From an uncultured Mycoplasmatota bacterium (GTDB taxonomy: Bacteria; Bacillota_I; Bacilli_A; RF39; UBA660): 64,000 bases of DNA. A program made the translations under genes and the position numbers. Location: contig CASEIJ010000031.1 in assembly GCA_949288035.1 (NCBI GenBank), positions 13,929 through 77,928 on the forward strand, in the 5' to 3' direction. Below, in pieces: positions 59,549 through 64,000 of this stretch (positions are counted from its first letter, which is position 1; each line of letters starts with the position of its first letter). The notes beneath the pieces are model-generated. The model had not been told where the DNA came from, made no database searches, and saw nothing but the letters and a program-made list of their open reading frames with translations.

Positions 59549-61291
59549 ATGAAACATTGGAGCTCAATTTTTTTATGGCCATGTATTATGGTATATCATT
59601 TTATTCACTATATTTTAATGGGTCTAGCTACCATTTGTTATTGTATATATTTATTGATTGAATTGATTTTTATTAGAATTCCAGCTTATGCTTGGACTGG
59701 TGTTTTAGCGTTCTTTATCTGGATTCAAATCGGATTAGAGTCTATTCGTCGTCTGTTTAGACCATATATGAGAAAACGTGAAGCTAAAAGAGAGGCGAAA
59801 GCTCGTGCTGCTAAAAGAGAAGAGCAAAAAGTAATTGAGGCGGCTAAATCAGTTAGTGCGAAAAAGGTAGAAGCAGCAAAAGCGGAATTACGTAAACAGA
59901 CATTAGGAAAGCAAGAGAAAAAAGAACATAAAAATTCACTTGTGAATCGTTTTAAAACAGTGGTTCAAAATTCACCATTATTACATAGTATGAGAAATCA
60001 AAGAGATGTAAAACGTCAAGAAATGTTAATTGATTATAATGGTGCTGATGCTGAAAAAAGTGATGTTAAGATTATGTATGAATATGAAGCTTGTACTCCT
60101 GAAGGTAAAGTGATCAAAGGATATATGGATGCTTATTCAAAAGTAGAAGTTCATTCATTTTTACTAAGTGAAGGTTATCAAGTATATAGTATTAAAACAA
60201 GCCGTTGGATTAGTTTATTTCACGGAAGTAGTGGTAGTGCTCATGTGAAAATAAAAACAAAAGATTTAATTTTCTTTTTAACACAGTTATCTACATATTT
60301 AAAAGCAGGAATTACATTGATTGATGCATTACATATCTTAGCAAGACAGTATGCGAAAAATAAGGGATATAATCGTGTATTTAAAGAGATGTTGTATGAT
60401 TTATCAACAGGGCTAGAATTTAGTGATGCGTTAGCAAGACAACAAAAAGCTTTTCCGAAATTGCTTGTAAATATGGTAAAATCTAGTGAAATGACAGGAG
60501 AGCTTCCAGAGGTATTGGATGATATGGCAGAGTATTATACTGAAATAGATCGTACTCGTAAACAAATGATTACAGCGATGATGTATCCAGCAATTGTATT
60601 TGTACTTTCTATGGGTGTATTTGCTTTCATGCTTTTATTTATTGTTCCACGATTTGTAGAAATCTTTGAAAGTATGGATGCTACGAAAATACCTGGTATC
60701 ACATTAGCAATTATGGCACTCTCTGATTTCTTAAAGAAATATTTTATATTAATCATGATTGCAATTATTTTATTCATTGTTGTATTTTACTTATGTTATA
60801 AAAATATTCAACCATTTAAAAGAGCTGTTCAATCATTTATCATGCATCTTCCAATATTTGGTAATGTTCTGATTTATAACGAAGTTACAACATTTACGAA
60901 AACGTTATCTAGTTTAATGGAGCACAATGTATTTATCACAGATAGTATGGAAATATTGGAACGAATTACAGATAATGAGATCTATAAAGAATTAATTCGT
61001 AGTACAATTGATAATTTATCACGTGGAGAGAAAATATCTGCTGCATTTGCTAATCATTGGGCTTTTCCTATTCCAGCTTATGAGATGTTAGTGACAGGAG
61101 AAAAAACTGGAGAATTGCCAGAAATGATGAAAAAAGTATCAGATTATTATCAAGAAATGCATAAACAAGCTGTTACACGTATTAAAACTTTTATTGAACC
61201 AGCGATGATTATTATGTTAACTGGAATTGTTGGTGTTATTATTCTTGCAATTGTTGTTCCAATGTTCACATTATACGACACAGTTATGTAG
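59549..61291 (+). CDS. Type II secretion/type IV pilus platform protein (GspF/PilC family) with ~170-aa N-terminal membrane plus charged extension
   Basis: Canonical PilC N-domain begins 'MYEYEACTPEGKVIKGYMDAYSKVEVHSFLLSEGYQVYSIK' at residue ~175. Two GspF repeats follow. RBS 'aggggatg' upstream of ATG 59549. Confidence 0.75.
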   Translation: MKHWSSIFLWPCIMVYHFIHYILMGLATICYCIYLLIELIFIRIPAYAWTGVLAFFIWIQIGLESIRRLFRPYMRKREAKREAKARAAKREEQKVIEAAKSVSAKKVEAAKAELRKQTLGKQEKKEHKNSLVNRFKTVVQNSPLLHSMRNQRDVKRQEMLIDYNGADAEKSDVKIMYEYEACTPEGKVIKGYMDAYSKVEVHSFLLSEGYQVYSIKTSRWISLFHGSSGSAHVKIKTKDLIFFLTQLSTYLKAGITLIDALHILARQYAKNKGYNRVFKEMLYDLSTGLEFSDALARQQKAFPKLLVNMVKSSEMTGELPEVLDDMAEYYTEIDRTRKQMITAMMYPAIVFVLSMGVFAFMLLFIVPRFVEIFESMDATKIPGITLAIMALSDFLKKYFILIMIAIILFIVVFYLCYKNIQPFKRAVQSFIMHLPIFGNVLIYNEVTTFTKTLSSLMEHNVFITDSMEILERITDNEIYKELIRSTIDNLSRGEKISAAFANHWAFPIPAYEMLVTGEKTGELPEMMKKVSDYYQEMHKQAVTRIKTFIEPAMIIMLTGIVGVIILAIVVPMFTLYDTVM

Positions 61292-61304
61292 AAGAGTTGA
61301 TATT

Positions 61305-62072
61305 ATGGAATTATATTATATTGTATGTTTATTTGTATTTGGTACGATTTTTGGTTCATTTTTTAATGTAGTGGGTTCAAGACTTGCCCATAATGAATCT
61401 ATTATCTATCCAAGTAGTCATTGTACTTATTGTAAACATAAATTGGGGGCCAGTGAATTGATCCCCATTTTATCGTATTTTATACAAGGCGGAAAATGTA
61501 AATGGTGCAAAAAAAAATTATCGTTTTATTATCCTCTCAGTGAATTTTTAACAGGAGTTTGTTTTTCTCTTTGTTATGTTGTTTTTGGATTTACTTGGCA
61601 ATTTCTTATTGGAATCATCTTTATTTCTTTTCTTATTATGATTGTATCCAGTGATATAGAAGATATGATTATTCCAGATGAGTTATTGATTATAGGATCA
61701 ATCCTTATTATTTTATTACAGATTCCTGCGTATGGGGTTTCATATATGTTGTCTCATTTATTACAAGGAATTTGTGCATTCTTCTTTATGTGGATTTTAA
61801 AAATATTTGGTGATCATTTATTTCATAAGGAATCTATGGGAGGAGGGGATATTAAGTTACTATTCTTTTTTGGTTTAGTACTTGGTTTTCCTCTAGCTGT
61901 TTTATCTATTTTTGTAGGATCCGTGATTGGACTTCCAATTTCAGCTGCTTTTCAATTAAAGAACAGTCATGTTGTTCCTTTTGGACCGTACTTGTGTATT
62001 GGAGCGATTAGTTTATTATTTTTAAATATCCCATTCGATCAATTATTAGATATGATGATATTGATTCCATAG
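61305..62072 (+). CDS. Prepilin peptidase (A24 family)
   Basis: N-terminal zinc-binding 'CTYCKHKL...CKWCKK'. Multi-TM. 'ESMGGGDIKLLFFFGLVLG' catalytic-region signature. Terminator at 62072-62096. Confidence 0.8.
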   Translation: MELYYIVCLFVFGTIFGSFFNVVGSRLAHNESIIYPSSHCTYCKHKLGASELIPILSYFIQGGKCKWCKKKLSFYYPLSEFLTGVCFSLCYVVFGFTWQFLIGIIFISFLIMIVSSDIEDMIIPDELLIIGSILIILLQIPAYGVSYMLSHLLQGICAFFFMWILKIFGDHLFHKESMGGGDIKLLFFFGLVLGFPLAVLSIFVGSVIGLPISAAFQLKNSHVVPFGPYLCIGAISLLFLNIPFDQLLDMMILIP

Positions 62073-62124
62073 ACAGGTGAGAGCCTGTCTTTTTTGTATA
62101 AAAAAACAAGCAATGATATGCTTG

Positions 62125-63465
62125 TTAAAATAATGGTTCAGCATCAATTGTATTTTCTTTTTTATCTTCCGCAATAATTTGTTCTTTTAACTGATTTAAT
62201 TCATTTGTCTCATTATTTTCACGAGACATATTAATTTCTTCCATAGAATCTTTTAAATTTAATTCTCCTTCTTCTTGGACATCATCTACGTCTAATTCAA
62301 TTAATTTTAAGATTTCTTCAATTGTTGTATCTCCATTTAAAGCTTTTTCTAATCCATCTTGTAATAATGTTTCAGTACCAGCATAGACAAGTTTTCTTAA
62401 GTCATCCTTTTTCATACCATTACTGATCGCATCTCTAATTTCTTGATTAACACGTAATACTTCATGAATTGCTAAACGACCACGATATCCATTTTGACAT
62501 TCGTCACATCCTACAGCTGTCCATGTTTCTTGTAAATCAACATTTAATGTCTTTTTAATTAATTCTTTTTCATAGTCATTGGCTGGTCTTTTTTTCTTAC
62601 ACTTTGGACAAAGACGACGTGCTAATTTCTGAGAGATAATTCCTTCCAAAGAAGAAGCAAGTAAATATTTTTCAACTCCCATATCCGTTAAACGTTCAAT
62701 TGTATTCAATGAGTTATTGGTATGGACAGTAGATAATACTAAGTGTCCTGTAATAGAAGCACGAACGGCAATTTGTGCTGTTTCGGTATCACGAATCTCC
62801 CCAATCATAATAATATTTGGGTCTTGACGTAAAATAGAACGTAGGGCAGAAGCAAAGGTAAGACCAATTTCTGAATTTACTTGTACTTGGTTAATTCCTT
62901 CAATTTCCATTTCTACTGGATCTTCAACTGTAATAATATTGGTTTCAGGTATATTTAATTTTTGTAACATAGAATACACGGTTGTTGATTTACCACTACC
63001 AGTCGCACCAGTGACAAGAATAATTCCATTTGGAATCTTCATCATTTCTAATACTTTTTTATAATTAATCTCATTTAAATCCAATGATTCTAATCCATTT
63101 AAACTTCGGCTGTAATCCAAAATACGAATTACAACTTTTTCTCCTTGATTGGTAGGTAAACTAGATACACGCAAATCCAGGTTAATATCACGTAATTTAA
63201 TTTTAATCGCACCATCTTGTGGTAATCGAGACTCAGTAATATTCATACCAGCAATAATCTTGATACGGGTTGTTAAGTTCTTTTCAACATCTGTAGGTAC
63301 TTCCGCATAATCTTGTAATAAACCATCAATACGAATACGTATCTGCATATAATGATCTCTTGGATCAAAATGGATATCTGAAGCTCCACGTTTTGCAGAA
63401 TCATATAAAATTTCATTTACAACATCGACAATTGGCATTTTATGAAAGTCAAATACACGTATCAT
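62125..63465 (-). CDS. GspE/PilB-family secretion ATPase (ComGA-like, with acidic C-terminal tail)
   Basis: Walker A 'GATGSGKSTT'. 'CPKC...CDEC' tetracysteine. N2-domain start 'ASDIHFDP'. Confidence 0.8.
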   Translation of the reverse strand: MIRVFDFHKMPIVDVVNEILYDSAKRGASDIHFDPRDHYMQIRIRIDGLLQDYAEVPTDVEKNLTTRIKIIAGMNITESRLPQDGAIKIKLRDINLDLRVSSLPTNQGEKVVIRILDYSRSLNGLESLDLNEINYKKVLEMMKIPNGIILVTGATGSGKSTTVYSMLQKLNIPETNIITVEDPVEMEIEGINQVQVNSEIGLTFASALRSILRQDPNIIMIGEIRDTETAQIAVRASITGHLVLSTVHTNNSLNTIERLTDMGVEKYLLASSLEGIISQKLARRLCPKCKKKRPANDYEKELIKKTLNVDLQETWTAVGCDECQNGYRGRLAIHEVLRVNQEIRDAISNGMKKDDLRKLVYAGTETLLQDGLEKALNGDTTIEEILKLIELDVDDVQEEGELNLKDSMEEINMSRENNETNELNQLKEQIIAEDKKENTIDAEPLF

Positions 63466-63576
63466 TTTGTCAACCTCTTTCTAATTCTCTTCTTTTTTAT
63501 TTGTTTGACTAGTATTTAGTCTAAATATATTATATAATAGAATTAGTAGAATTACAATAATAAAGGAGCTATGTTA

Positions 63577-64000
63577 TGCGAAAAAATAATAAGGGGTTTG
63601 TACTAGTTGAAACATTATTAGTATCTGTTTTTATATTGACGACATTAATTTTTTTGTTTATTCAATTTCGTACTGTAAAACAGAGTTTTGATCGTAGTTT
63701 TCGTTATAATACAGTAACTGGAATGTATGCAGCTAGTAATTTTTCAACATATATTAAAGAAAATAGTTATGGTACATTAGTAGATACATTAAATAGTGAA
63801 TGTGAGGGCCAAAGTGGTTGCACGAAAAAATATTATTTGGACTTATCAGCTTGTCCAGCCCAATTATTAGATGAACCAACTTATTGTTCTAGATTAAAAG
63901 AAACATTGAATGTTGATCATATATATTTTACAGCGGAAGACTTAACGTTTTTGATTCATTATTTGGATAGTGATGCCTATTTAAATGCATCTAAAAATAA
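63577..64000 (+). CDS. Type IV prepilin/pseudopilin (3' partial, runs off window)
   Basis: Class III signal 'MRKNNKG|FVLVETLLVSVFIL' with Glu at +5. Promoter ttgact/tatataat and RBS 'aaaggag' upstream. No stop before window end. Confidence 0.7.

Noticed and set aside
61500-61512. A9 homopolymer inside the prepilin peptidase CDS as a phase-variation switch
   Set aside because: A-runs of this length are frequent in a ~30% GC genome and there is no second copy or evidence of variation. Noted only as a potential slippage site.
1-64000. Scan for CRISPR arrays, tRNA and rRNA genes
   Set aside because: There are no regularly spaced direct repeats with unique spacers, and no GC-rich cloverleaf-like or rRNA-like segments. 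The only notable direct repeats are the two 42-bp terminator copies at 49928 and 50488.

Overview
This is a low-GC (~30%) Firmicutes/Bacillota chromosomal segment. Its local gene order is Bacillus-like (dnaG-sigA-trmK, smc, comEA-comEC, a YjcZ-family tiny sporulation-type protein). Most of the window is housekeeping: copA, gpmA, dacA-like, fhs, uppP, ttcA-like, tcdA, smc, trpS, def, ftsW/rodA, dnaG, sigA, trmK. Several accessory features are interleaved and were all read from sequence alone (no tRNA, rRNA or CRISPR arrays seen): (1) a 1249-aa single-gene STAND (NB-ARC/NACHT-like) P-loop NTPase with a long TPR/helical-repeat C-terminus, carrying its own promoter and terminator; (2) a Bce-type peptide-antibiotic sensing/resistance module (OmpR-family RR, intramembrane-sensing HK, BceAB-like ABC, VanZ) that unusually has a flavodoxin-like gene and a 723-aa cytoplasmic protein with about 18 tandem 22-aa LRR-like repeats embedded in the RR-HK operon; (3) a small dinD (RecA-modulator homolog) plus unknown 190-aa gene cassette sitting between an intact comEC and a diverged relic duplicate of the comEC 3' end; (4) a 560-bp insert flanked by perfect 42-bp direct repeats of a terminator hairpin between ftsW/rodA and comEA, carrying a 124-aa ORF and a structured noncoding segment; (5) an IS element with 18-bp inverted repeats whose transposase frame has an in-frame amber codon; (6) a type IV pilus/T2SS-like cluster (pilC with N-terminal extension, prepilin peptidase, GspE/PilB-like ATPase, prepilin) at the 3' end; (7) a class II Fic protein next to a UDG-superfamily protein; and (8) a TetR-regulated heterodimeric ABC exporter with a twin palindromic operator.
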